The translations under genes and the position numbers were made by a program. From Parcubacteria group bacterium (GTDB taxonomy: Bacteria > Patescibacteriota > Minisyncoccia > Phycocordibacterales > Phycocordibacteraceae), in assembly GCA_028286615.1 (NCBI GenBank), contig JAQBRG010000002.1, positions 31,235-95,234 of the forward strand: 64,000 nucleotides of DNA, given 5' to 3'. The notes beneath the pieces are model-generated. The model was not told where the DNA came from. It saw only the letters and a list, made by a program, of their open reading frames with translations, and ran no database searches. Below, in pieces: positions 29,516-39,612 of the stretch. Position 1 is the first letter of the stretch, and every line of letters begins with the position of its first letter.

Positions 29516-30211
29516 CTATTGTCCCGCTTTAGATACCGCCTGGTCTATAATCCGCTTCAAGCTCTGGTACGGAATAGTACCGCTTATGGTTGAAGGCTTC
29601 TGTCCCTTAACAAGAAGTACCACGTAAGGAGATCCGTCTGCTCCTGCGTTAAGTGCATTAATGGCGTCGTCCGTTACGTGTTTGCTGAACTGGTGTGAGC
29701 TTAAGCAGGTATTAAAGGTGTCAACTGAAATACCGAGCTGGGTAACAACTGTAGGATAATCCTTTGGATCAAACTGGTTCTCAGCGGGAGCCTGTGCCTG
29801 AACTAAGTCTATAAAGCGCCAGAATGCATCAGGCGCGCCTAGAGAAGCTGCACATTCAGCAGCTTCAGCGTGTGAGAGGGAGTTAGGATGCATGTCCGCT
29901 AGAGGAAAGTGTCTATATACCCACGCAACTTGTCCGCCAGAAGCGTATTCGCTCATAAGCTGCTCAAGTGTTGTTTGAAGTTGCTTGCTGTATGAGGAGT
30001 CTATATCTCCATACTCAACGATTGTTACGGCTGCCTGAGGGTTTCCAATGAGGTGGTCGCTAGGTGTAACGGGACGAACTGCAGTTGGGTCTCCTGCACT
30101 AACTGCTTCTTGGTGAGATCTAACAACGAAGATGGTAATGGCGAGAATAATACCGGCAAGCACAATTGCGCCTGGAATGAGATAGCGCTCGCGTATAGAG
30201 GCTGGTTGCAT
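29516..30211 (-). CDS. DsbA/thioredoxin-fold membrane-anchored protein lacking CxxC
   Basis: DHLIGNPQAAVTIVEYGD, WVYRHFPL, AEAAECA, GSP; CxxC position reads SSYS. Confidence 0.8.
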   Translation of the reverse strand: MQPASIRERYLIPGAIVLAGIILAITIFVVRSHQEAVSAGDPTAVRPVTPSDHLIGNPQAAVTIVEYGDIDSSYSKQLQTTLEQLMSEYASGGQVAWVYRHFPLADMHPNSLSHAEAAECAASLGAPDAFWRFIDLVQAQAPAENQFDPKDYPTVVTQLGISVDTFNTCLSSHQFSKHVTDDAINALNAGADGSPYVVLLVKGQKPSTISGTIPYQSLKRIIDQAVSKAGQ

Positions 30212-30242
30212 AAAAAAATCATAGCACGAGGATAAAAGATCA

Positions 30243-30270
30243 TGCCCTCGGAACGCTGTTTCCGAGGGCA
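30243..30270 (-). terminator. Terminator-like hairpin
   Basis: tgccctcggaa-cgctgt-ttccgagggca (11-bp stem). Confidence 0.55.
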
Positions 30271-30331
30271 GAGGGCGAACTATTTGCTGGCGTAAGAGGC
30301 CGGTGTTCTTGAGGGGCACTGATTAGATAGC

Positions 30332-30547
30332 CTATCCAGGGGAACATCCATTGTCTCGAAGAGCAGGCTCCACATTCGAATTCGCTGGCACATGCTCAAC
30401 CAAGCATCTGGGCTGATAACGAGATCCGCCCGTGCGGGTAATCCAGCAACAAGTTGCTTTTACTCCAGCTTTTTCGCTGGCTTGTTTAGCAATGGTTTTC
30501 AGGCCGTCTCCAGCACGATCAGGAAAGATCTCAGAAAGGATTTTCAA
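30332..30547 (-). CDS. Small hypothetical protein
   Basis: GGAGGA SD before TTG; hairpin downstream. Confidence 0.4.
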   Translation of the reverse strand: MKILSEIFPDRAGDGLKTIAKQASEKAGVKATCCWITRTGGSRYQPRCLVEHVPANSNVEPALRDNGCSPG

Positions 30548-30608
30548 CGCACATCCTCCATTAACTTATGCTGAATGCAGCATGCTACAGAAAACGGGAT
30601 TATGCAAC

Positions 30609-31187
30609 CTAGAAAGGAAGGGTGTGTGTAAATCCGGGTTGATCAAGAGGACGAGTCCAAGAAGACGTATCAATCTTCATCTCTCGAATATCTTTGAGGT
30701 CTTTGTATTTAAGGGCCTGATTCTTTATAGCGTAATCAAATATCTCACGGGTTATGCGTACGTCTTGGATACAATACTCACGCACCTTGTCATACAACCC
30801 CTGTTGCCACCATTCAACAGACTTAAGACCGTCTCCAGACTTGCTAACCTTGAGGGTTGCTTCGGCAATAGACTGAAGGCGGATACGTCGTCCGAGTACT
30901 TTCTGCACTTCAACCAGAAGATCGAGAGAACGAATCTTGGTTAAGTCTCCTGCGTAGTAGTGGTTGAGGAGAGGAATGTCGAAAGAGTCAGAGTTGAAAC
31001 CAATAAGCATGTCTGCTTTCTCGATAATGGGCCAGAGTTTAGGAAGTTCTTCCTTTGAGTAGGAAGAGTATTCCCCGGTCTCTGAGTCATGAATAGCAAC
31101 AACAGCCAAGTCTAGACGCGTAACATCCTGGCGTGCTAAAGACGGGAGAAGGTTCGCAGTTTCTATATCGAAAGTAATTTCCCTCAT
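30609..31187 (-). CDS. RNase_H_2/YprB-type DEDD 3'-5' exonuclease domain protein
   Basis: FDIET, GFNSDSFDIP, YCIQDV. Confidence 0.85.
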   Translation of the reverse strand: MREITFDIETANLLPSLARQDVTRLDLAVVAIHDSETGEYSSYSKEELPKLWPIIEKADMLIGFNSDSFDIPLLNHYYAGDLTKIRSLDLLVEVQKVLGRRIRLQSIAEATLKVSKSGDGLKSVEWWQQGLYDKVREYCIQDVRITREIFDYAIKNQALKYKDLKDIREMKIDTSSWTRPLDQPGFTHTLPF

Positions 31188-31196
31188 GCTTGTTGC

Positions 31197-32447
31197 TTAA
31201 GAGTTAATACGGCTGGCAACCTTGTCTTGAGCTAGCTCCTCTTCTTTGCTGTCTGCAAGAATCTTAAGCTTAACGGTTCCGGATGCGGCCTCGCTTTCCC
31301 CAAGAGCAATAAAATACGGGATGCCTCGCTTAACGGCTTCTTTAACCTGGTCTCCAAGTCCCTTAGTACCAACATTCACAAGAACCGAAACTCCTTGGGT
31401 ACGTAGATCGTCTGCAAATGCCTGAGCCGCACCAATATCGCTTTCTGAAGGAGTACCTATGAATAGTCTAGGAGCAGAAGAAGCTTTAGGAGCAATACCG
31501 TGTGTGGTAAGGAAGTCCATAAGTGTTACGTCTCCCATAGCTACACCAACTGCTGGAATTGGTTCTCCTCCAAAGAGTCCTACAAGATTGTCGTATCTGC
31601 CTCCGCCAAACAATGCGCGAGGGTTCTCGGGATTGGTGTCATAGATTTCAAACACAGTGCCAGTGTAGTAGTCAAAGCCGCGTACAATCTCTGGATCAAA
31701 TACTACGTTTGTCATACCGCGCATCTTGAATGCTTCGATAAGAGCAAGAAGCTTTGCTTTCTCTAAGGTAACGGAATCGCCTCCGTCGTTAAGAATCAGA
31801 TCAAGGGGATCAACGCGTCCTGCTAGACCTGCCGCAAATTCCTCAGCAGACATCTTTGCTTTTCGGTCTAGAAGTCGAAGGTAGTTTGCTTTAGCTTCTT
31901 TGGTGTCGTATCCGGCCGCAGCGCACGCAGCATCAAGAAGGGTGCGAGAGTTAATGCGGATAACAAAATCTTCATTCTTTGCACCAAGTTCTTGAAGTAG
32001 CTTTGAGGCAATAACAATAATCTCGCCATCAGCTTTAGCGTCCGCAATTCCAAGAAGGTCTACGTTTAACTGGAAGTGCTCACGCAGACGTCCACGTTGA
32101 GGGCGTTCGTATCTAAATACGTTAGGTATAGAAAACCAACGAAGAGGGAATACGAGTTCGCGACGCTTTCCCGCAACCATACGTGCAAGCGTAGGCGTCA
32201 TCTCAGGGCGAAGGGTCACGCGACGGCCTCCGCGGTCTTCAAAGGTATAGGTCTGTTCGCTAACGATTTCTTCTGAAGTCTTTGCTTCGTATAGCTCAGC
32301 TCGCTCAAGAGGAGATGCGTTGTATTCCTCGTACCCATGCGCCTGGAGCACTTTGCGGAAGACATCAAATACCGCAGAAAGCTGTGCCCATTCGTTAGGA
32401 TAGAAATCCCGCACGCCCTTGTAGGGGTCTGTTGAAAGCTCGCTCAT
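31197..32447 (-). CDS. hisS: Histidine--tRNA ligase
   Basis: KGVRDF, LRPEMT, RYERPQRGRLREH, RGFDYYTG, GGGRYD. Confidence 0.98.
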   Translation of the reverse strand: MSELSTDPYKGVRDFYPNEWAQLSAVFDVFRKVLQAHGYEEYNASPLERAELYEAKTSEEIVSEQTYTFEDRGGRRVTLRPEMTPTLARMVAGKRRELVFPLRWFSIPNVFRYERPQRGRLREHFQLNVDLLGIADAKADGEIIVIASKLLQELGAKNEDFVIRINSRTLLDAACAAAGYDTKEAKANYLRLLDRKAKMSAEEFAAGLAGRVDPLDLILNDGGDSVTLEKAKLLALIEAFKMRGMTNVVFDPEIVRGFDYYTGTVFEIYDTNPENPRALFGGGRYDNLVGLFGGEPIPAVGVAMGDVTLMDFLTTHGIAPKASSAPRLFIGTPSESDIGAAQAFADDLRTQGVSVLVNVGTKGLGDQVKEAVKRGIPYFIALGESEAASGTVKLKILADSKEEELAQDKVASRINS

Positions 32448-32467
32448 TGAGGCTAGTGTAGCAAATT

Positions 32468-33043
32468 TTAGACGCCTTCCCCAGCTTTTTCTAATGTCTT
32501 ATGCAGCTCTGAAATCTCACGCATAATTAAGTCCCGCATCCCTTCGGGGTTCTCAATAGCAGACATAACGAAGCTATTAGAATCTTCTCCTGCCGTCTCT
32601 ACTTTAACCGTGCCGTATCCGATTAGGGTACCGAAGAGACCGTAGACACCAGTTGTAACATCCTGTACTCGTCCGAGAAGGAAGCTTGCTACTCGCCTGT
32701 TAAAGAATCCGTATTGGCTAATCTCAACAATACGCATGTTCGTAATAACCCACATGTTGAGATAGTACTGAGTGAACATATTGAATGCTCCTATCCAAAG
32801 CAATAACCACCACAATCCTAAGAAGGTACGGAACAAAGATGCGTTAAAGGGAAGTGTTGCGGGATCAAATGCCGGCGCTTGTCCCTGAAGCGTAACGCTC
32901 GCAAGCCATGTGTATGCATGCGGAAGGAGTGTAGGAAGCCATGCCAGAAGGACTACAGGGATAAGAGAAACCACGAACACAAACCAATGCTTACGTATGG
33001 TCTTAATAACGTGTTCTCCAGGCTCTAGTTCAAATTCTTCCAT
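32468..33043 (-). CDS. Membrane protein with bacterial PH (bPH_2) domain
   Basis: RKHW, two TM helices, ITNMRIV...VQDV...GYGTVKVETAG. Confidence 0.8.
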   Translation of the reverse strand: MEEFELEPGEHVIKTIRKHWFVFVVSLIPVVLLAWLPTLLPHAYTWLASVTLQGQAPAFDPATLPFNASLFRTFLGLWWLLLWIGAFNMFTQYYLNMWVITNMRIVEISQYGFFNRRVASFLLGRVQDVTTGVYGLFGTLIGYGTVKVETAGEDSNSFVMSAIENPEGMRDLIMREISELHKTLEKAGEGV

Positions 33044-33046
33044 ATA

Positions 33047-33295
33047 TTAATGTAGACCGCTTGCCGCATAGAGAGCGAAAACTGCCGAGACAGCAACATG
33101 CACAGCAAGAGCAGGAATAGCTATCGCAGAACGATGTCCGTATCTGAACCAGTGATACGCAGCAACAAGGGTATAGATAACCCAAAGAATGAAGAGAAGG
33201 GTAAACAGAACCGGCACGACTTTATGAAAGTTAATAGCACCAACAAGACTGGGCACCTGAATGCCAGGAATGGTGGAGGTGGAAACAGAATCCAT
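33047..33295 (-). CDS. Small 2-TM membrane protein
   Basis: Hydrophobic, YHWFRYG; 1-nt overlap with prmC. Confidence 0.7.
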   Translation of the reverse strand: MDSVSTSTIPGIQVPSLVGAINFHKVVPVLFTLLFILWVIYTLVAAYHWFRYGHRSAIAIPALAVHVAVSAVFALYAASGLH

Positions 33296-34053
33296 TACGT
33301 ATAGTGTGCCACGACCAGTCGAGCCCGGCCATACTGGTCAGTGCGTATCTCTGTGTCCGTAGCCTTTCCCGAATGAATGAGCCTTCGCGCCTCCTCAATG
33401 TTTTCTATATCTGCCTCTAGCCACAGCTCCCCATCTTTTTTTAGATAGGAAGGAGTTTCAGTAGCAATACGACGTATTAAGTCGAGACCGTCTTCTCCAG
33501 AAAAGAGTGCCTCGGCAGGTTCGAAGCCTGTAACACTCTCGTCGAGAGATCGTTCGCTTGGAATATAGGGAGGGTTTGATACAACGACGTCGAATCTCTT
33601 TCCATTAAAAGCTGCATATAGATCGCTAATTCGTATGTCTGCACGAGTATCATCCAATCCATTCTTTTCTATATTTTGTTTAATTTGCTCAACATGCTCT
33701 GGCATAAGCTCGCTAAACGAAACGTCCGCGGAAGGGAACTTAGCCAGTACCGCCAAACCAATAGCTCCAGAACCAGCACAGAGATCGAGTATGGAAAAAG
33801 GCTCCTTTCCAAAACGTTCTTGTAGACGAGCAATTAGTTCCTCGGTCCAGTGTTCAGTCTCAGGACGGGGAATGAGTGGCTTGGAATTGAGGTGTATCTT
33901 AAGGCCCAAGAAGGGAATCCACCCAATTACATACGCCAAAGGCTCCCCAGCAACAAGGCGGGCTTTGTCTGCGGAAATATCTGTATTGGTATCTCCTTCG
34001 TACTTGTCGCGCAAAAGAAGCTGGATGTCCTCGTTAGAAGGGAGTATTGACAT
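33295..34053 (-). CDS. prmC: Release factor glutamine methyltransferase
   Basis: GEPLAYVIG, LIPRPETE, DLCAGSGAI, SNPPY. Confidence 0.95.
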   Translation of the reverse strand: MSILPSNEDIQLLLRDKYEGDTNTDISADKARLVAGEPLAYVIGWIPFLGLKIHLNSKPLIPRPETEHWTEELIARLQERFGKEPFSILDLCAGSGAIGLAVLAKFPSADVSFSELMPEHVEQIKQNIEKNGLDDTRADIRISDLYAAFNGKRFDVVVSNPPYIPSERSLDESVTGFEPAEALFSGEDGLDLIRRIATETPSYLKKDGELWLEADIENIEEARRLIHSGKATDTEIRTDQYGRARLVVAHYT

Positions 34054-34082
34054 ATATTACATTAAGTGTATAGTATATACAT

Positions 34083-34400
34083 ATGAAAGAGAAAAACGGT
34101 ACCTCCCTCAAGAACCCTGGCTTCGTGAAGGATCGTCTTTCCCGCGAAGTCCATACGATACTTCGCGTCTGCCTCCACCAGTTCGATGATGTAGAAAAGG
34201 TAGCACAGGAAAGCTGTTTTGATGTAGATGCCGTTATGCAGCACCGCTCAGTTGCATCTCGCCCAGTCTTCGAAAAGAATGTGGCGGCAGCACAGTGGTC
34301 TAAGCCAGCCGTAATAGCTGGAAGCCATCGTCCCCTTACGCGTCCACAGAAAGGATACTTTATCCCAAGCGGGTACGCATCGAACCGCGGTTTTGCTTAA
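34083..34400 (+). CDS. Hypothetical protein
   Basis: 105-aa ORF divergent from prmC; TATAGT upstream; stop abuts the shared terminator. Confidence 0.5.
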   Translation: MKEKNGTSLKNPGFVKDRLSREVHTILRVCLHQFDDVEKVAQESCFDVDAVMQHRSVASRPVFEKNVAAAQWSKPAVIAGSHRPLTRPQKGYFIPSGYASNRGFA

Positions 34401-34403
34401 TAC

Positions 34404-34449
34404 ACACAAAAGAAAAGACCCTCCTTTTGGAGGGTCTTTTCTTTTGTGT
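34404..34449. terminator. Bidirectional terminator (perfect 21-bp inverted repeat)
   Basis: acacaaaagaaaagaccctcc-tttt-ggagggtcttttcttttgtgt. Confidence 0.85.
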
Positions 34450-34457
34450 CGTTGGAA

Positions 34458-34853
34458 TTAGTATCCGCCACGGTCATTGCCGCCACCGAAACCACCTCCG
34501 TATCCGCCACCACCTCCACGATTGTTTCCACCGCCGAAGCCTCCGCCACGGTTTCCACCGCCGAAGCCTCCACGATCATTGTTCTCGCGAGGAGGGCGAT
34601 CGCCTTGAGGACGCGCCATGGAAACTGAGAGCATACGCCCATCAAATTCCTTGCCGTCCCATCGTGTTACAGCAGCCTCAGCCTCAGGCTCAGATGCCAT
34701 TTCCACGAAACCGAATCCGCGTGAGCGGCCGGTCATACGATCGCTAATAATGCTTGCTGATACAACCGAGCCTGCTTCCTCAAAAGCGGCGCGGAGTTCG
34801 TCTTCGGTCGTACGGTAAGGAATACCGCCGACATATAGTTTGCTTGTTGCCAT
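34458..34853 (-). CDS. RRM RNA-binding protein with Gly-rich RGG tail
   Basis: KLYVGG (RNP2), RGFGFVEM (RNP1), RGGFGGGN repeats. Confidence 0.95.
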   Translation of the reverse strand: MATSKLYVGGIPYRTTEDELRAAFEEAGSVVSASIISDRMTGRSRGFGFVEMASEPEAEAAVTRWDGKEFDGRMLSVSMARPQGDRPPRENNDRGGFGGGNRGGGFGGGNNRGGGGGYGGGFGGGNDRGGY

Positions 34854-34986
34854 GTCTCTCTAGTGAACTTGAACTTAGTAACCTCGCTGATGCCGAACGC
34901 TTTTGGGGGCAATTTGGAGTTCTGCGAGTTAATTCGAGTATGCTACAAACACAGTTAAATAACAAGTTTAAGCGGTGTGCAGAGCC

Positions 34987-36036
34987 CTATAACACCGGCT
35001 CTCGTTTGCCTCGTTTGAAGAAGAGTCCTTCAAGAGAATATTTGTCGTATCCGTAGAAGATGAAGGCAATAGGAATACCAATGAGTACCAGGTGCGGCCA
35101 TACCGTTTCGCCGAAGTAATACAAAGAAAGAGCAAGCCAGAACTCAAGGAAGAGTGCGGTAAAACGTATCTCAATACCGAGCAAGAAGAAGAGACCAATA
35201 ACAATCTCAACTATTCCCGCACCAAGTACGAGGAAATGAGGCTCAAAGCCGAGAGTCTGCGCGAGGCTTAGGGCATGTCCGCCAAATTGTCCTGAAGCAA
35301 CTTGAAGCGCCAGGTGGTTGTGAAGGAACTTGGCATATATAGAGGCATACAAAAGGGAGATACCAAAAGATACGCGCAATATCATGAACGCAAACGGAGC
35401 AAACATACGCGTGTACTTGCTCATCGCGCCCGGCTTCTTTCCATGTCTAAGCGTATCGAGTCCCCAGGTATGCGCGCCAAGGATAAGGAGTACCAATATC
35501 TCGCCTAGGTAGTTTGCATACGTAAGCATGTACTCTCCGTGGAAATATACATTGGCGAGAAAGATAAGAAGAGCAACGCCTGCGGCAATGCGCGTGTACA
35601 GTCCAATAGTTATGAGTATTCCGGTAACAACGAAGAGGGCAACAATGAGTGGGGTGTAGGCTCCAAAGCTCGCAAGGAAAGGAAGTTCTGGTCCGTAACT
35701 TGCACCGAAGAATGCTGCAGCGAGAAAGGCGAGACCAATCGTCACGCGACTAACGAACGGTGCGTGCTTCTTCAGCTTCATAAGCATCGGATCAACTGCG
35801 TTCTCAAATCTTCGAGATATAGATATAAGGAACACAATCATAACCATGAGTATTCCTATGAAGGCCCAGAACACAAATAGATGCATGTCTGCCAAAAGGA
35901 CAGCAACCATATCAAATGGAGGCTTTGCAAGATCTTCTGATATTTGTCCCGGCGTGAGTACGTATACCTCGTGCGCTGATGCAACAAACGGCGCGAACAA
36001 TGTTGCCAGCAAGCTGAAGGAGAAAAATCTTTTCAT
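34987..36036 (-). CDS. DoxX-family-like membrane protein (duplicated domain)
   Basis: Signal peptide then AHEVYV; two DoxX-like halves (GLYTRIAA / GIEIRFTA). Confidence 0.7.
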   Translation of the reverse strand: MKRFFSFSLLATLFAPFVASAHEVYVLTPGQISEDLAKPPFDMVAVLLADMHLFVFWAFIGILMVMIVFLISISRRFENAVDPMLMKLKKHAPFVSRVTIGLAFLAAAFFGASYGPELPFLASFGAYTPLIVALFVVTGILITIGLYTRIAAGVALLIFLANVYFHGEYMLTYANYLGEILVLLILGAHTWGLDTLRHGKKPGAMSKYTRMFAPFAFMILRVSFGISLLYASIYAKFLHNHLALQVASGQFGGHALSLAQTLGFEPHFLVLGAGIVEIVIGLFFLLGIEIRFTALFLEFWLALSLYYFGETVWPHLVLIGIPIAFIFYGYDKYSLEGLFFKRGKREPVL

Positions 36037-36057
36037 GAAGGAAGTATAGCGTGCTAA

Positions 36058-37872
36058 TTAAATCTTTCTCAACATATTCTTCTCAATATCTTCGAAGGTA
36101 CCTCCAACTTTCTTTCCAGGATTAAAGATATTCTCTGGATCAAAGATCTTCTTGGTGTCTGCAAACAGCATAACCATCTCGGTGCCAAAGAGCATTGGAA
36201 GGTATGGCGTACGGATAATCCCGTCGTTGTGTTCGCCGGTTGTGGTACCGCCATATTTAATAACAAGCTCGTACACCTTAGGAGAAAGCTCAAGAATAAC
36301 GCTGCGTGTCTCGGGCTTTGAGAGATCCATAAGGGGAATGATATGGAAGTTTCCGTTTCCAATGTGCCCGGCAATCGTATATATAAGTTTGTACTGCGCG
36401 AGAAGGGTGTTGAGCTCGGGCAAGAACTGCGGGTAGCAATCGGGAGGCACAACAAAATCGTCTATGAAAGGAGCGGCATAAAGGCCTTTTGAGTGCTGGC
36501 GTAAGAGCGCAAAGCTTTCGCGACGAATAATCCAGTACTTCTCTGAAGCTCTGTCGTTCTTGTTGATGCGTGTCTGCAAGTTCATGTCTGCAAGCGCAAC
36601 GCGTGCGCGCTCCGCAACATGAAGTGCATCTTCGGGAGTGTCTTCAGAAAACTCGGCCATTAACACAAGCTTCGGTACGCCGCCTTGAAGAACCAATCCA
36701 ACCTCAGGAAGGAACGAGAAACCGAGACGCATTGCGCGCACAAGACCCAAGCGCGCGAGCAGTCCAGGAAGGAATCGTATAGCGAGCTTGAACGTGTGGT
36801 CATCGTAGGACTCGAAAGATTCAGGATTGAAGGGAAGTACACGCCGTACAATCTCAGGCAACACGTTGAGATCTGAAAGGAAGATAACCAGCATGGCGCG
36901 TGAACGTTCTTCTTTAACCAAGCGAAGCCTGGCTTTGGTAACAAGGGCGAGCGTGCCCTGCGCTCCTGTTATGAGCTTTGCAAGATTAAAGCGCCCGTTC
37001 ACATCGATATCCCAAAGCGCATACCCAGCTGAGTTCTTTGAAACCTTTGGCTTCGCATTCTTAATGGTCTCCTTGTTGTCTTCAAGAAGCTTTGAGAGGT
37101 TCCTATATATGTCTCCTTCAAAGCTGTGGAGCTTTTGCTTCGCAAGAAGCTCGTTCTTTGAAAGAGCTTTGAACGTTGTTTCCGTACCGTCTGAAAGCAC
37201 TACGTCGAGTTCCTCAACGTAGTCATGGGTCTTGCCGTATTCAAGCGTGCGTTCGCCTCCTGAATCGTTATTAACAATCCCGCCCATAGCGCAGATCTCT
37301 CGGGACGCTGGGTATGAAGGCATGAGTTGCCCAAGTCCGTCTATCTTCTTAGCGAGCGTAGCCTTTTCGAAGTCTCGGTAATACACGCCGGGTTCAGTAA
37401 CGGCGTAGCCGTCTCCAACCTCAACGATATGATTCATGTGCTTTGTGAACACCGCAACCACCGAATCAGTAAGCGGACCTCCTGACATATCCGTTCCTGC
37501 AGATCGTGCGGTTACCGACACTGTCTTTCCTTTACGTCTTTCGTCTCGCACAACCTTAACCAATGCGGATACGTCATGCGCATCTTTTGGATACACCACG
37601 AGTTCCGGGGTCTTGGTGAATACGCTGGTGTCTCGACTATATTTTCCTCGCTCAGCAAGATCTTCAGATACCTCGCCATGTACTCGCGCTTTTATTGCAG
37701 TATATAGATCCGAATGCGTAACAGGCACAGAAGCTGACACTACTTCCTTAACCTCTTTTACTGCCTTCACTTTTTCAAATCCATGTACGTGCAGCAATTC
37801 ACGCACTATTGCATACGCAACCAGAACGGTTGCGAGAGTAGCGCCTAGGGTAGCAAGGTAAATTGGAAGCAT
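36058..37872 (-). CDS. FAD-binding oxidoreductase (GlcD/D-lactate dehydrogenase family) with N-terminal TM anchor
   Basis: RSAGTDMSG, GAQGTL, GHIGNGNFH, GEHNDG, DPENIFNPGK. Confidence 0.88.
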   Translation of the reverse strand: MLPIYLATLGATLATVLVAYAIVRELLHVHGFEKVKAVKEVKEVVSASVPVTHSDLYTAIKARVHGEVSEDLAERGKYSRDTSVFTKTPELVVYPKDAHDVSALVKVVRDERRKGKTVSVTARSAGTDMSGGPLTDSVVAVFTKHMNHIVEVGDGYAVTEPGVYYRDFEKATLAKKIDGLGQLMPSYPASREICAMGGIVNNDSGGERTLEYGKTHDYVEELDVVLSDGTETTFKALSKNELLAKQKLHSFEGDIYRNLSKLLEDNKETIKNAKPKVSKNSAGYALWDIDVNGRFNLAKLITGAQGTLALVTKARLRLVKEERSRAMLVIFLSDLNVLPEIVRRVLPFNPESFESYDDHTFKLAIRFLPGLLARLGLVRAMRLGFSFLPEVGLVLQGGVPKLVLMAEFSEDTPEDALHVAERARVALADMNLQTRINKNDRASEKYWIIRRESFALLRQHSKGLYAAPFIDDFVVPPDCYPQFLPELNTLLAQYKLIYTIAGHIGNGNFHIIPLMDLSKPETRSVILELSPKVYELVIKYGGTTTGEHNDGIIRTPYLPMLFGTEMVMLFADTKKIFDPENIFNPGKKVGGTFEDIEKNMLRKI

Positions 37873-37969
37873 CGTATGAAAGTGCAGTTCGTATATGTAG
37901 AATACCGCATTTATATATCGGCACCGTACTGCTTACGTGCATAACAGCACTCACGTAAAAGAAGAACAA

Positions 37970-38956
37970 TTATTTTCGGCTGGCCTTCTGAAAACGAAGC
38001 GAAGAATAATACGCAGCTGCAACAAACACGATACCGATACCGCCAGTTATAATCTCTGGCACTTCAAAGAGAAGACCGCTAAACATACACGCAGCAAGTC
38101 CAAAGATTGCCCAGTGCGCGCCATGTTCGAGGTACACCAACGTATCAAGCGTCTTCATCTTAACGAAGTAAATCGTAAGAGAACGAACGAACCAGGCACC
38201 AATACCAAGACCCGCAACGATAACGGGAATAGCAGTTGTAAGGGCAAAGGCTCCAACAACGCTATCAAGCGAGAACGCTGAATCGAGCACGTTGAGGTAG
38301 AGGAAGAGAGAAAGTCCTGCGGCTCCAGCCTGCGCTACTCCAGCAGAGAAGGAGTTCGCAAGTCCCTGCATAGAGATGAAGAGGATTATGCCCGTAATGC
38401 CAGCAACGAGTACGGTTGCTTGCTCTTCGCCAACAAGAAATGAAATGAGGATCAAGCTCAATAGTGCAATACCAATCTCAATGGCCTCGATGCGTCCCCA
38501 CTTAACAAGTTTTCGTTCTATAAGCTTGATCCAGTGCACGCCCTTGGTCTCGTCAAAGAAATACTTAAGCGAAACCATGAGAAGGAAGGTTGCTCCAAAC
38601 GCGTAAATTGCATGCTTAGCTCCTTCAAGCAGGTGTCCATACGCTTCAGGGTTAAATGCTGCGAGCTTGGCAACCATAAGTGGAGACATCCACACGCTTG
38701 CTGACACTATAAGTATGGGAAGGATGAGACGAGTACCAAATACAGCGATAAGCATTCCCCAAGTAAGGAATCGCTTCTGCCACTTGGGAGTCATGGTGGT
38801 AAGCACCTTTGCATTCACTACCGCGTTATCAAAGGAAAGGGTAACTTCAAGTGCCGTGAGGAGCAGGGCAGTAATAAGCGCCCATGGACCAAGACCAATT
38901 AAGATGCCGAGCAAGATAACCGCCGAGCCTATAAGCGGAACAAGGAAAAACTTCAT
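37970..38956 (-). CDS. DUF475 (TerC-like) membrane protein
   Basis: LEVTLSFDNAVVNA, DSAFSLDSVVGAFA, LEHGAHWAI; start 6 nt after TACAAT. Confidence 0.88.
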   Translation of the reverse strand: MKFFLVPLIGSAVILLGILIGLGPWALITALLLTALEVTLSFDNAVVNAKVLTTMTPKWQKRFLTWGMLIAVFGTRLILPILIVSASVWMSPLMVAKLAAFNPEAYGHLLEGAKHAIYAFGATFLLMVSLKYFFDETKGVHWIKLIERKLVKWGRIEAIEIGIALLSLILISFLVGEEQATVLVAGITGIILFISMQGLANSFSAGVAQAGAAGLSLFLYLNVLDSAFSLDSVVGAFALTTAIPVIVAGLGIGAWFVRSLTIYFVKMKTLDTLVYLEHGAHWAIFGLAACMFSGLLFEVPEIITGGIGIVFVAAAYYSSLRFQKASRK

Positions 38957-39070
38957 GGCTCGATTGTAGCATTTATAAGCGATATATAGATTTGATAGCG
39001 GAAAAGATATCCCCCAATCAAGATCTTGGCGACCTCTGTATACTGACCCCATATCCCTAGCAGTATTTTC

Positions 39071-39592
39071 ATGACCACCTCGCTCTACAACGTCACCATC
39101 CCCGTATTCATCAAAGGTCTTGAGAATATGGCTATTTTCTTCGACAAGACGCTTATACACGCGGAAAACAAGAAGTTTGATGTAAACACCCTATTAACAT
39201 CACGACTTTCGCCAGACCAATTCCCATTCGCAAAACAAATTCAGCTAGCCTCAGACGCGGCGAAAGCATTCCCAGCACGCCTGAAGGGAGAGGATCCAGT
39301 TTCAATGCCAGACACAGAAACCACAATTGAGGAACTCCGCGAACGTCTTTTGAAGACCGTGGCCGTTCTGAAGGAGATTAAGCCGGAGGATATTGATGGG
39401 AACGAAGACACCCAAGTACGTATTAAATGGTTCCCAGGAAAGTACATTACAGGCTTCTCATATGCCACTGAATATGCGCTTCCAAACTTCTTCTTCCACA
39501 TGACCACGGCATACGCGATCTTGCGTCATAATGGCGTAGATCTTGGGAAATCTGACTATCTTGGAGCTCTTTCTCTCGAAGACGACGCATAA
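39071..39592 (+). CDS. DUF1993 (DinB-like) protein
   Basis: RLSPDQFPF..Q, PNFFFHMTTAYAILRHNGV.LGK.DY. Confidence 0.9.
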   Translation: MTTSLYNVTIPVFIKGLENMAIFFDKTLIHAENKKFDVNTLLTSRLSPDQFPFAKQIQLASDAAKAFPARLKGEDPVSMPDTETTIEELRERLLKTVAVLKEIKPEDIDGNEDTQVRIKWFPGKYITGFSYATEYALPNFFFHMTTAYAILRHNGVDLGKSDYLGALSLEDDA

Positions 39593-39612
39593 ATGGTATA
39601 CTCGGATTATCT

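Noticed and set aside
34470-34575. Tandem ccgccgaagcctcc-type DNA repeats
   Set aside because: They encode the RGG/Gly-rich tail of the RRM protein
38957-39160. N-terminal extension of the DUF475 ORF to 39160
   Set aside because: Overlaps the divergent DUF1993 gene; ATG 38956 has a -10 at 6 nt
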